This document shows positions 37,201 to 50,002 of a stretch of 64,000 bases of DNA, piece by piece; the stretch's first letter is position 1, and each line of letters begins with the position of its first letter. A program made the translations under genes and the position numbers. This DNA is from Malacoraja senta (Eukaryota), in contig CM075988.1 in NCBI GenBank assembly GCA_038087875.1, positions 13,580,001 to 13,644,000 on the forward strand. The letters run 5' to 3'. The notes beneath the pieces are model-generated. The model saw only the letters and a list, made by a program, of their open reading frames with translations. It did no database searches and was not told the DNA's origin.

Positions 37201-38316
37201 CTCCATCCATATCAATATCAAGGTTTCCGAATTATTCACATTTTCCATGAAGAGGATGAAAATGTGTTGTTATATTTATGAGCTGGTAGTTAGTGCTGAA
37301 AGTGTGCAGGCATTCAATGCTGCTGCATGGGCAGGTTAGAAAACAATATAAATATAGAAATTGACCTCAAAGTACATTGCACAATCACCAATTAATTTCC
37401 GCTGCAGTAAGTCGGAGATACAGTATTTCATCTACAAAACCTAGTTCCAACATAGGAAAAATATTTCAACCCATATCCATCTGGGATAGTGAGGTGCTAT
37501 AAATTTAGCACATAGGTTTGAAACTTGGAATAAAATGATCAGTGATTTCAGGGAAGATAATCACAAAAAGCTGGAATAACTCAGCGGGACAGGTCAAAGC
37601 TCTATTAAAGAACACAAACTTTGGAGAGTTTTTGCATTGTGGATTCAGATTCCTTCTTTTAAATAGTTAGTTTGCTTCAGTTACTGTGTGGTTACCATAA
37701 ACTCAATGTGCAGGAACTGATCCAGAATGTTGAAAAATGACCACCAATGCAACTCTTCCTTCAATGTTCAGGATGAGGAAGTGTCGTCTTAAATGCTGCA
37801 GTTGTACTAAGAGAATGACACTCATAAAAGTTGCAAAAACAGAGATTACACAATATTACAACCGACTGGAGATTTCACAGAGCTAACTTTTTGTAAAATC
37901 CCCAAAGCTTTCATTTGAGGCATTGGTGTCATCAACCATGTTATAGAAGATGGGCAGGAACAGTCTATAACTGCTTCAAGTAATCTAATCAAAAGTGAGG
38001 AGTTTGTCTTTAAATAGTACAAGATTACATTCTCTGCTCCAGAATTCTACCCCAGATGAGTTGTTAACGTAACACATTCTTTACAAATAATTGAGCCTGG
38101 CAGTGACATAGAGAGGGGAGAAAAGAGTCAGCAATTGAAGCAAAAGTAATGATTCAAGCAGGAAAAGAAGCAATTTCAAGTAAGTGGGAGGGTTTGTGTC
38201 ACCAGATGAGTCATCGAGGACCAGATTCCGAGATCGATCCTAGGTGAAGTGGTGTTAATCTGGAGTCCAGGACGATATTTAGTTTATATTGGAATAATGT
38301 CAGAAATGTTCAAGTA

Positions 38317-39512
38317 GGGGTGGCAGAGTGGTGCAGCTGTCAGAGCTGCTGTGTCACAGTGCAAGAGACCTTGGTTTGATCCTGACCTCAGGTGCTATCA
38401 GTGTGGAGTTGGCACGTTTTCCTTGAACACAGTTGTGCACTAGGGGTGCTGCATTGATGGCATCCTCTGCCTACAGTCTGTTTTTTTCTATATTTTTTAA
38501 ATTTTAGTTCGTCCTAATAGTATGTTTAGGAGGGTTCTTTAGTTTTTCTATGTGGGGGAGGGTATGGGGGAAACCATTTCCCAGTCACTTCCTGGCGAGG
38601 ATGCGACTGTTATGCGAATCGTGCCCTCGCCCCCCTCCTCGTGGCCTAACAACTGGATTGGCTCGGCCTTTCCATGACGGGGACCGGGGACTGGACCAGA
38701 GCTTCAGCAGCAGCGGCGCAGCACTGGATTCACCGCAGAGCGGTGCGATGCCTACCCGGATCGCCGTTTGAAGCTCCGGAGTGTTGGGCCTGCAGCATCA
38801 ACATCGCGGAGCTGTGGTTCGTAGAGCTAACAGCGTGGGCGGTGCTGACTTCAACATCGCGGAGTCCTAGGATCCCTTTGCCGAGGGCCGCCAGCGTGAA
38901 TCTCCGCCCAGCACGGCCTGTGGACTTCGGGAGCTGCAGACTCCGGTAGGAAGTGGCCAATTCAGAAGTCCAAGCCACTGAGGTTGTCCTCCTGTTCCGA
39001 CGTCGGAGTTCCATCCTGGCGAGCGGGTCTGAGCAGCGGGCCGCCCGTAGCGGCGACTGTGGAGGGCTCGGGAGGCCCCGACCACTGGTGAACATCAGAG
39101 GAAGAGGACTGACTTTGGTGCCTTCCCTCACAGTGGGAAACTTTGATTCTGCTGTGTGGGGATGTTTTATGTTTGACTCTATCGTGTGTTGTGTTCTTTA
39201 TTTATTTGTATGGTGACCACACATTTCACTGTATCAACTGGTACCTGGGACAAATAAATGTATCTTGCAGTTTCCTCCCACATCAGCCATGATCACATTG
39301 AATGGCGGTGCTGGCTCAAAGGGCCAAATGGCCTGCTCCTGCATCTATTGTCTATTGTCTATCCTAAAGACATGTGGGTTTACAGCATAATTGCCCCGAG
39401 CGTGCAGGGAATGGATGAGAAAGTGAAAATTAGTGCGGATGAGTGATCGATGGCTGGCATGGACTCAGTGGGCAGAGGGGCCTGTTTCCGTGCTGTATCT
39501 CTAAGCTAAACT
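38317..39512 (+). mobile_element. HE1-type SINE split by two later insertions
   Basis: SINE head 38317-38428, V-domain piece about 39268-39283, remainder 39363-39512. Confidence 0.7.
38443..39267 (+). mobile_element. GC-rich non-autonomous LINE-dependent element (unnamed family)
   Basis: G-rich start, CpG-rich body, hairpin 39125-39161, AATAAA tail; homologous to the 40188, 52420 and 60718 copies. Confidence 0.7.
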
Positions 39513-39604
39513 AGATCAGACAATGGCAACAAAGAAACACATGCACAATTCTGAATCTATCCCTGACATCGATTCAGAGTCAATAACTTCATAAGGTTAT
39601 GAAG

Positions 39605-39826
39605 TGGTGGCTGTGTGGAATGAGCTTCCAGTGAAGGTGGTGGAGGCAGGTTCGTTTTTTATAATTTAAAAATAAATTGGATAGTTATATGGACGGGAAA
39701 GGAATGGAGGGTTATGGTCTGAGCGCAGGTATATGGGACTAGGGGAGAATACGTGTTCGGCACGGACTAGAAGGGTCGAGATGGCCTGTTTTCGTGCTGT
39801 AATTGTTATATGGTTATATGGTTATA
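39605..39826 (+). mobile_element. CR1 3' fragment, same subfamily as 18592-21776
   Basis: Closely similar 3' UTR and (TATGGTTA)n tail. Confidence 0.85.
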
Positions 39827-40187
39827 AGGTGAGTGGACAGGTTGCAATACCAGGAATGAGAACAACATCAGAAACAAGCAGACATTGAGAAGGTTAGATT
39901 GACTCAGGAAGCCTATCAATAGGCTGAATTTGTAATGATGGTGTAGAACCGTTAATTAGTTAGTCCGTTAGTTCCCTTCTTAAAACGGAAAGTAGTGTGG
40001 TATATTTAATTTATGTATTATATGTAAATCAATCATGCCGTCAAAGGCGATTTAAGCAACAGTCATGGAGAAAACCATATTGAATTGACATCATTGAAAA
40101 TAGCATTGAGTGATTGATTGTAATGTTTGAATCTGTCAGTGTGTGACTGGGCACAATGAGATCAAGCCCACTGGATTAATCTCATTA

Positions 40188-40439
40188 TCAAGTTCAAGTT
40201 ACATTTATTGTTACATGCACCAATTGGTACAGTGAGATTTGTGTTACCATACAGCAAAACAAATTTTAAAAAACACAGTACACGATAGGGTTGAACATAA
40301 ACATCCCCACACAGCGGAATCAACGTTTCCCACTGTGAGGGAAGGCAATAAAGTTCAGTCATCTTCCTCATTGTTCACCCGTGGTCGGGGCCTTTGAGCC
40401 CTCCGCAGTCGCCGCTACGGTGGCCCGATGTTCGGGCCC
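40188..40439 (-). mobile_element. 5'-truncated copy of the GC-rich non-autonomous family
   Basis: Reverse complement matches 39037-39260; tail (AACTTG)n. Confidence 0.75.
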
Positions 40440-40669
40440 AGTGAGATTATGGGATCACACTGTAAAAGACAAATATTATTTTCAGCTAATAAGGATTTCT
40501 GCAATTATAAGAGCATGTTTCAGTAGTTTCTGCTAATCGTTTGGTGGAGAATGGGAAAATGCTGAACATTATTCAAAATTGGGGTAAAGTGTCTTGACAT
40601 TAATGAAAAAATGTTGCAAGCATGTGCAGATGCCTAAAGAGAGGATGGAAACCATTACTCTTTGTGTAA

Positions 40670-41110
40670 CAAGGCCCAGCGCAAATTGGTGGAACAACCC
40701 CTCATATTTTGCTTGGGCAGCTTACACCCCAGCGGTATGAAAATTGACTTCTCCAACTAGCAGCCCATGCTTTCCCTCTCTCTCCATCCCCTCACCCTTC
40801 CCAGTTCTCCGACCAGTCTTGCTGTCTCCGACTACATTTAATCTCTGTTTGCTTTGTTTGTTGCCTTGTCTCAACTAACAATGTTCTATTCTACATTTTC
40901 CTTGATCTCCATGCCCTTTGTCGTGTTTTCACACCATACATATCCTTATCTATGCACCTCTCACTCCCCTGACATCAGTCTGAAGAAGGGTCTCGACCCA
41001 AAACCTCACCCATTCCTTCTCTTCAGAGACGCTGCCTGTCCCGCTGAGTTACTCCAGTATTTTGTGTCTATCTTCGATTTAAACCAGCATCAGCAGTTCC
41101 TTCCTATACA
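40670..41110 (+). mobile_element. Penelope-like element 3' end with decayed hammerhead
   Basis: RKLVEQPLIFCLGSLHPSGMKIDFS matches the end of the GIY-YIG ORF; CTGAAGAAGGGTCTCGACCC at 40980. Confidence 0.8.
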
Positions 41111-42765
41111 TTACTGTTTGTGTGTCAGGAGCATCTGTGGTTTATCAGACGGTCCCTGACAGCGTGTTCAGTTTGAGTCTACTTTCAGCATCACACACCA
41201 TTTGCTATTTTATTTGCAGCTGCCTTGAACATTGTTGATGATAGACCAACTCCTCTCTGCTCTTCCTCTCTTCCTCATTATCTTCCTTCTAATCCTCCTG
41301 TCTTCTCTGCTTCTCTTCCTCTCGGAGGTCCTCAGGTCAGAGCTCCATTTGTCTGATGGCAGGTAGTCTGGTAAACAGGAGTAGGATACCGTACCTGGTT
41401 TATACTGCATGGTGCCTCATTTTCAAGAGGCCGATGGTGCTCTCTGCTAATCTCTCTGTGCTGCTGTAATATATAACATAATGCTCACCTGCAAGGGCTG
41501 GATGACAAAAAGTGAGAAAACTAAAAAAGAAAACAAATTAGTTTTAAGTTAAGGAGAGGGGAGTTGAAGGGTGGATAAAACAAAGGGAATATTTCTGATC
41601 AAATGAGAGTACAGTTGCCTTGGTGTTGAGCTGTGGATGAAACCATGTGGTAGATAGATTAATGAGAACTGTTGGAGAGAGAGGGGGAGAGAAACTGAAA
41701 ATGAAGAAACATGTAATAACTATGAGGGAGAGTTGTAGGGATTACCCTGAATGTCAGGGCAGGTTAGTGGAGAAAGAAGAACTTACTGAGCTACGGTAAT
41801 TGAATATTTCTTCCATTCCCCCTGTAGAGCTTTTATATGCAGCTTACCTTTACACGATGAGCTATGTCTGTTCATTGCATGATGTAAAAGTTGAATGTGA
41901 TACACACAATTTCCTACCGACAATATCAAATGTTTTATTTCCACACCATAACTTCATATCTCATTTATTCCCTTCTGCTATGAAGCTACCATTACAGAGC
42001 AGTCTCGCTGTTTATAGCTAATATCTGTACTTTCAAATCAAGAGCTTTGTGCAATTCACTTAAACATCTCCAAAATGAAAGGGTTGATTTTAAAGTAAAA
42101 TTACTAAATCCAGTTAATTTATTTCTATTAACGTATTCATAAGGAATCTATTCTACTTATCTGGCATGATTGAACATAAATCCAGATTGATAATTAACTG
42201 ACTTGACAAGAAGCATTAAGTAGAGTTAGAATTTATATAAACAGCATATAAGAATATCAATTTACAAATCTTTGCAATTAAACTAATTTAACCGTTGTTC
42301 AGGAGGTTAAACAAAAGAATGGCAAAGAAAGTAATTTAAAAGTAGTCGCATTCAAAGTATGCTGCCTACAAAATATGTCAATGTAATGACATTGGCCTAT
42401 CCAATCATCGCAAGAGAAAATCGGGCGCCATGTAAAATAATTTTGGAGAGTATGTTAATTTGGTGTTGTTCAATATGTTACTTTGGTATTGGAGGAAGCA
42501 CTGATGTGGAGTAGAACATCACACTGCTTTTGTGTTGGACAATGTACAGGTTTGGTGTTGGGGAAAAGATAGGTTAGCTATTGGAGCTCATAGTAGTCTG
42601 TTAGTGGAGAATGCACTGGTCTGATAATAGCGAATGCACAGATTAGATGTTGGTGATCACACTATTCTGGTGTTGGAGGATGTTTAGATATGGCATTGGT
42701 GATCACACTGGTCTGGACCATAAGATAATCCTACACTTGTATCACATTCCCATTCTCCACACATT

Positions 42766-43120
42766 AAGAACATAAGATATAGGAGCAGAATTAGGCCATT
42801 CAACCCTTCAAGTCTGCTACACCGTTCGATCGTGACTGATCGATTTTTCTCTCTCAACCCCATTCTCCTGCCTTCTCGCCATAGCATTCGCCTTTACTAA
42901 TCAAGAACTTATCAATCTCTGCTTTAAATATACCCAATGACATGGCCTCCACAGTCGTCTGTGGCAATGAATTCCACAGATTCACCACCATCTGGTTAAA
43001 GAAAATCTTTCTCACCTCAATTTTAAAAGTACGCCCTTTAATCTGAGGCTGTGCCCTTTAGCCTTTGACTCTCTGACAATTGGAATCAGCCTCACCTTAT
43101 CCACTCTATCTAGACCTTTC
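42766..43120 (-). mobile_element. CR1 3' fragment
   Basis: Reverse complement similar to 50720-51070. Confidence 0.7.
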
Positions 43121-43924
43121 ATGATATGGGTTGGCATTGGAGATTGTGTTATAGAATGTTCTTGGTTTCACAGAAACAACATGAAACATATCTGACATTT
43201 TCTAAGTGCATATTTTTCTACAGATTATTGATTGCCCTAGATATCATTACCATTTACTGGAATATATTATGTTTCAATGCTAACCAAAGATCAAATATTC
43301 TTCAGTGATTTACCCACCATATTTTGAATGCATAGTTCTGGAAATTAAATATTTCTCCCATGCAAACAGCATCAAAAATATAGTTGAAGAAACACTTTTT
43401 TTTTTTGGATAAGTTATAAAAATATGGTCACTAGGATATTTGGAGTTAAGAATCATTTGTTGGAAATTGTGATGATTTCTAACCAGAGATAACACATGAA
43501 CATCGCCTTGCTTAAGATTCAGTGCTGATAATAAAAATGGGTCTCGAATAGTCTCAAAGTTTTCCTGACAATTCAGACTCCACACAACAATCCTATTTTG
43601 ATGCAGATCACAAAAGCTACTGGGTATACATTACTTGGTGATTGGCAAGAACAGCTTTCAACATTGTCACTCATCAGCTGAATGTATCTGAAATACTCCC
43701 TCTATTTGCAGACGAATATGTAAAAGAAACAATGTGCTCTGCAGAATGATAAACCAAGGAGCAATTTATATTCTGCATGTTAGGAATACATATTCAAAAA
43801 TGTGAATGTTCAACAATCTAATGGATCTGATGAAAGTTTTCTGTTCATTATAGACATTTTATTGATAAGTTAGAGATAAAATATCAGATCTTAAGAAACG
43901 AGAAACGATAAAATATCAGATCCT

Positions 43925-44121
43925 AGAAACGAGGAACTACAGATACTGGTTTACAAAAAAAGACACAAAGTGCTGGAGTAACTCAGCAGGTCATGTAGCA
44001 TTCCTGGAGAACAGGAATAGACGATATTTGGATCAGGACCCTTCTGTCGGGACCTGGAACATCGCCCATCCATGTTCTCCAAGATGTTGCCTGACTCGCT
44101 GAGTTACTCCAGCACTTTGTG
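43925..44121. mobile_element. Fold-back PLE-derived short element
   Basis: ACACAAAGTGCTGGAGTAACTCAGC / GCTGAGTTACTCCAGCACTTTGTGT perfect inverted arms. Confidence 0.75.
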
Positions 44122-44229
44122 TTAGTTCATAATTCTGTTTGATTAGATGCTACAGAATGACTCCATACAAGGGATATTGTTACACTGTTGAGAGATGTTG
44201 AGGAATGAATCTAGAGCATCTGACAATTA

Positions 44230-45055
44230 AAGGGCTGTCCCACTGCGGCGACCTAATTGCCGACTTTAGAAGAGTTTAGGAGAGTTTGAAAAAGTGTCAT
44301 GTTGAAGACCTCGTTCGACTATGTGGAAGACCTCCTTCGACCTCCTTCGACTATGTTGAAGTCTAGCTTCGGGAAAATTGGACACCGAATAGTGGAGAGT
44401 GAAGACGACCTCCTTCGACCTCCCTTCGTCTAGCTACGACTACCTTCGACTACCCTCGATTACCTACGAATAACATGCCGACCTACCTCGACTAAACCTA
44501 TGAGTAAAAAAAATATCAATTTTTTTTTTCCATGGTGACCTTTTTTTACTCGCAGGCATTTTTCAGCATGTTGAAAATTATGCCGCAACCTAGCTGAGGC
44601 CTAGAGTACGCGGAGACTATTCTCGAGCATGAACGAGAGTAAAGGCCCTGTCCCACTTTCCCAAGTTACTCAAGAACTCTTCCGGGTTTTCCCCTTGATT
44701 CGAACTCGGGGAATGTCGGGTGATGTCGGTAGCAAGTCTGTAGATATTTCGTAGCGGCTCGTAATGCCAGCCTTAGGAACTCGGGGCATCAGGTAAGTCA
44801 GGATGTTTTTTCAACATGTTGAAAAATGTCCACGAGTTAAAAAAATAGCCCCGAGTACCTACGAACGGCTATTACCGTAATTCTCCGTGTTTGAATCAAG
44901 TGGAAAACTCGGGAGAGTTCGTGAGTAAATCGGGAAAGTGGGACAGGGCCTTAACAAAGACCTCCTACGACCTCGTGTCGACCATGCTGCGAGTATGAGT
45001 CGAGGCCAAACTCTTCTGAACTCGCGGATTAGGTCACCGCAGTGGGACAGCCCCT
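44230..45055. mobile_element. PIF/Harbinger-type MITE (outer)
   Basis: About 48-bp imperfect TIRs A[A/G]GGGCTGTCCCACTGCGG[C/T]GACCTAAT; TTA TSD (44227-44229, 45056-45058). Confidence 0.9.
44643..44951. mobile_element. PIF/Harbinger-type MITE (nested)
   Basis: About 70-bp TIRs AGGCCCTGTCCCACTTTCCC; TAA TSD (44640-44642, 44952-44954). Confidence 0.9.
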
Positions 45056-45619
45056 TTAGGACATTTAGACTTCAGGGTGACTTGATACTAAGAGCATTGA
45101 GTATTTTTAGTGGGTCATATTAAACAGAATATTCTCAGTTTGAAAGTAGAAACAAGGAACTGCATATAGTGGTTGGATCCCAGTCTGCACTGTATAAAGT
45201 CTACATTTCCAGGCCAGCATTAGGTGAACTGTAATCCATATTTGTTTTTGTTGCAATTTAGCACAAGACTCACACTGAGACAAACATCAATTGCTACTGG
45301 AAGAAAACCAATTTAGTAAATCAAGTGCAGGTTTAAACTGAAAGGTATTGACATTCCATGTGAAGGGGTACATGTTGCCTGCTGGCACAATGTGTGTCCT
45401 AGATGCACAGTGTTGCAGGATGAACTGAACTAAGAGAAAGTCCACACAATGGGTTTAACATAGTGTGCTGCAATGAACCTTGATTCTTTCTCCTTCTCCT
45501 TCCCTACCACTGTGTGTGTGTGTGTGTATATATATACAACAGATTCATGGAAGTAACCTAGATTTGTTCAGGCAAGGTATTGATTTGAAGTACTTTTCCT
45601 GGAATTCTGTCTGGTCTAG

Positions 45620-45925
45620 TTTATTTTAGTGATACAATGTGGATACAGGCCCTTCGGTCCATTCCGACCATTGATCATCGCACACTTGTTCCATGTTATC
45701 CCACTTTTGCATCCTGTACACTAGGGACAATTTACAGAGGTCAATTAGCCAACAAACCTGCACATCTTTGGAATGTGGGAGGAGACCCGAGCACCCAAAG
45801 AAAACCCATGCGGTCAAAGGGAGAATGCACAAACTCCCTACAGCCAGCACACCCTTAGTCAGGATCAAACCTGGGTCTCTGGCACTGTGAGCAGCAGGCC
45901 TCTCTGCTGCGCCACTTTGCCTCCC
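45620..45925 (-). mobile_element. HE1-type SINE
   Basis: Reverse complement of family members. Confidence 0.8.
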
Positions 45926-46626
45926 ATATGATATCACTTATATTGTATAAAAGGGAAATATAACCCAGGATTTCTGTCCACTTGCTATTCAATATTTACA
46001 ATTTCTCCTAATGATATAGAAGGGGACTACTTTGGCTCATCAAGTTCATACTATCTTACAGAGCAATACCATTCTCCACTAGTTTTTCCTGTAACATTCC
46101 TATCAAAGACCCCTTAGAACCTACCACTTAATAACACACTTGTGTCGATTTACCTGTCAGCATTTAAGTCATCAATCGGCAGACTTTGGGATGTAGGCCA
46201 AACATGGAGTATTTAGATGTAACCCAAATTGACACAGGGAGGACGTGCAAACTCCACACAGAGAGCATCCGAGGTCAGAATTGAACCTGGGTCGCTGGAG
46301 CTGAGGCAGAGGCTCTACTTCCTGTTTTACTCTGCTGCCAAAGAATCCAATTGGAAAAATAATTACTTTTGCATCCTTCACTGCACATGGGCTGATCTGA
46401 GATTATTTATGATGCATTCTACAGCTTATTGGCGCTCAGTATTTTCTGTCTCATTGAAGAAGACCGTCAGATGAGGTACTGAAATACGAATAGAACTTAA
46501 ACTGTGCCAGAGTTCAAGTCGATCCTTTTGGAGAAAAGAGAAAATCGAACGAAAAAAGAAGTATGCAGGCCTGTCAATTGCTGGTTGCAAAAATCTATTG
46601 TGGCACTGACAACTCACTTCTAGGCA

Positions 46627-46640
46627 GCTGCCATGGCAAC
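46627..46640. promoter_or_regulatory. RFX X-box candidate
   Basis: GCTGCCATGGCAAC, 13/14 match to the palindrome GTTGCCATGGCAAC, in unique sequence. Confidence 0.4.
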
Positions 46641-48008
46641 CGTATCCCAGAATATATTACTTCCTCTCTTCGTTCAGATAGGCATTAACTCTCTGTTGTA
46701 CATTTAGGTTACCTGAAAATAAAATCCAAGTGTGATAACAAATAGCTCATTTGCAGAAATAGTCTGTCTGAGAAATTAAAATATCATTATCATTCTAAAA
46801 TATCATCCCATTTGGCAAAAAAATATGAAAGAGGAAAATAAAACAGAAAAGATGAAAATGCCTGAGTTAAAGAAAAATGATTAATTATAGCGTAAGTTGA
46901 CGAATGGAAAAAGCGAGTGTGTTGCCTTCAAATTCGATCACGCCAAAAATGGTGCATTGGAATTACAATGCGCAAGGAGGTGATCACACCTGAGATTTGT
47001 CCACACAGCTGAACAACATAATTGCAGTATCCAACCAGACCAAAACAAGCTGCTTTGTGCACCAACGCGCATTCATAGGGTACAATTCAGCAGTTGCTGG
47101 GCCAAAATGATGCTGAATGAAGTTGTATATGTGAGCTGCCCAATGTTGTCAAACACTCCCGCTGGAAGTCGCTGCATGGTTTTGGCATAATGAACTGGCG
47201 AGGTCTCGGGAAATGTTTAATGATATTTTGTGAGGTTAAGGTCACCTTATTTGCAATCCCAGCAGGATCATATCCAAAGCTTCCATAGTATTTGAAAACA
47301 TTCTTCAACAGGATGACGGATGTATGGAATGGGTGCCAGAGGAGGTTGTTCAAGCAAAGTACTAATACAATATTAAAATACATTTGGACAGGTACATAGC
47401 TAGGAAAGGTTTAGGGGGAATTGGGCCAAACGCATGCAGGTGGGACTAGTGTAGATAAGGCATCTTGACGGCATGGGGAAGTTGGGTCAAAGGGCCTATT
47501 TCCATGCCATATGACCCAATGACAATGATCAAGGACCTTTTCAACCTTGGTAATTCCTGGTGGGATACTTTGTATAGTGCAAGGTAGAAATTGATGAGTT
47601 ATTGGAAGCATGCCAAATTTCCCTGAACTGAATATGGTCTTAACTCTCTCCACAGATGCAGTCTTACTTTTTGAGCATCTTGAGACTTCGTATTTTTATC
47701 CTACAAAGTAATAGAATATGTGGGGGGATTTTAAGATGACATGAAAATAATGCAAATTGGTTCATTATCTCTCACTCTTAGAAACTTGTGACTTCTGAGT
47801 TTTGGACATTCTAAACTTTTGGATGCCATGCATTGTGCTTTTGCTAACTCAAGAAGTGGACTTTTCCACAACTTTCAATGCTACCTTGCAGGAATCAGCA
47901 TAAATATTAAATGGAATTTGCTATCTTATCACTTGGAAATGAAGCAATTCGATATAGTAGTTTGGAAAAAGCTTATGTTTTGTTAGGAAGCACTGCCAAT
48001 TTTTGTTT

Positions 48009-48155
48009 AGGAAGGAATTGCAGATGCTGGTTTAAACCAAAGATAGGCACAAAATGCTGGAGTAACTCAGTGGGACAGCCAGCATCTCTGGATAGAAGGA
48101 ATGAATTATGTTTCGGGTCGAGTCCCTTCTTCAGACTGATTTTTTCAGACGGGCA
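48009..48155 (-). mobile_element. PLE-derived short element with hammerhead core
   Basis: Minus strand CTGAAGAAGGGACTCGACCCGAAACATA; TSD AATTTTTGTTT (47998-48008, 48156-48166). Confidence 0.75.
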
Positions 48156-48742
48156 AATTTTTGTTTTCTAGTTTTGCTGAGCCAAGTGAATATAACAATT
48201 ATAATAAATTTGGCTTATTGTTAACACATCACAACGATAGCAAACATAAGGGAGGAGAACATTTGCATTCCTGGGGCACTGTCACTTGAAACAGAATTAT
48301 TATGCAAGTGTTACAAATAGCTGGACTAGGAGAATAATGGCATGGTTTGGCAAAGTCCAAATTAACATGGTGTCACAGTGAATCTAAATGGCAATTCTGA
48401 AACCAGGTTTTCATATTTCATTATCTTAAAAGCCTGGCAGCTTTATGCTGGAGGCAAAATGTGCCAGAGGTAAAACAGGATATCAGAAACAAGGTCAGAA
48501 CCCAGAGTCAGTAGAAGTAATAGAACTGGAAATGGGGGTGAAGCGTTAAGCACGTATTCAAAGGAATGTCAGTGCAAGAATTGGACCTGACAAAGAAAGT
48601 TTCATGAGAGATAGATACAATTAGTTGGTGCAGTGCAAAATGGATCTAAAACCCTTGATGGAAAATTAAAGCAAATGTGTTGATCCTGCAGATTGTAAGG
48701 CATTATTTTTTCTCATGCACTGCTTAACCATTAATTTATCTT

Positions 48743-48901
48743 GAGCAGGAAAGAACTGCAGATGCTGGTTTAAATCAAAGGTAGACGCAAAATGCTGGAG
48801 TAACTCAGCGGGTCAGGCAGCATCTCTGGAGAGAAGGAATGGGTGACGTTTTGTGTCGAGACCCTTCTTTAGACTGATGTCAGGGGAGAGGGCGGGACAA
48901 A
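48743..48901 (-). mobile_element. PLE-derived short element
   Basis: TSD TAATTTATCTT (48732-48742, 48902-48912); decayed hammerhead. Confidence 0.78.
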
Positions 48902-49463
48902 TAATTTATCTTTGTTGTTAAACATTAATTTATCTTCTTGTGCTCAGTGTGGATGGTACTGTGATATCTCCAGAATGATATGGCACTACAAAGAATGTTT
49001 AAATGTTTAAGAAGCATTAGCAGTGTTCAGCTAAAGACTATCCACCTAGTATAGTACCTACAGTATGTTGCAATAAGTTCATTGCTCACTATTAGACATG
49101 ATTAGTACAGGTATGGGGGGTTATGGGGAGAAGGCAGGAGAATGGGGTTGAATAGGGAAAGTTAGATCAGCGAAGAATGAATGGCAGAGTTGGCTTGATG
49201 GGCTCAATGGTGTAATTCTGCTCCTATAACTTATGAACATAAGAAATGGGAGTAAGAGAATGCCATTTGACTATTTTTGTCTGCTTCACTATTCATCAAG
49301 ATCAGGTCATTGACAATTCAAATCAATGCATTAAAACACTTTGTTCCCAATCTTCAAGTGTTGTCCACTTTTGACAAGTAATTTTATTGTTCACTTTTTA
49401 GTTTAGTTTTTACATTGATGTGCATTTCGGAGGTACAACAAGGTGGAAAATGTAGTGTGCTCC

Positions 49464-49763
49464 TTTAGTTTAGTTTAGAGGTGCAGCACGGAAACAGGCC
49501 CTTCGGCCTACCGAGTCCGCACCGACCAGCGATCAACGCACATTAACACTATCCTACACACACAAGGGACAATTTACACTCATACCAAGCCAATTTATCT
49601 ACATAACTGTGCATCTTTGGAGTGTGGGAGGAAACCGAAGATCTCAGAGAAAACGGTCACGGGGAGAACGTATAAACTCCGTACAGGCAGCACCCGTAGT
49701 CGGGATTGCACCCAGGTCTCCGGCGCTAGAAGCACTGCAAGGCAGCAACTCTACCACTGAGCC
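49464..49763 (-). mobile_element. HE1-type SINE
   Basis: (TAAAC)n tail, V-domain, tRNA head. Confidence 0.85.
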
Positions 49764-50002
49764 CTCTCTGGCTGTATTTTTTTAAAGTAATTCATAGATT
49801 GTAAAAAAGATGGCAATGTCAGCAGTTATTATCCCTCCCTATTTGCCCTTGAAATGCATAGCCACTTAATAGTCAATCACGTCAGTACATCTGGAGTCAC
49901 TTGTAGGTCGGGTAAGTACGGTAGACTTCAAGCCTGAATGGAGATTAGTTTTTAATGGTTTTTTTAAGCAACAATTCAATTGTTTCATGATCAGCATTAC
50001 TG

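Noticed and set aside
41219..41357. Acceptor-like TTTATTTGCAG followed by a 45-codon open frame
   Set aside because: Low-complexity pyrimidine-rich sequence, no recognisable protein, no partner exons
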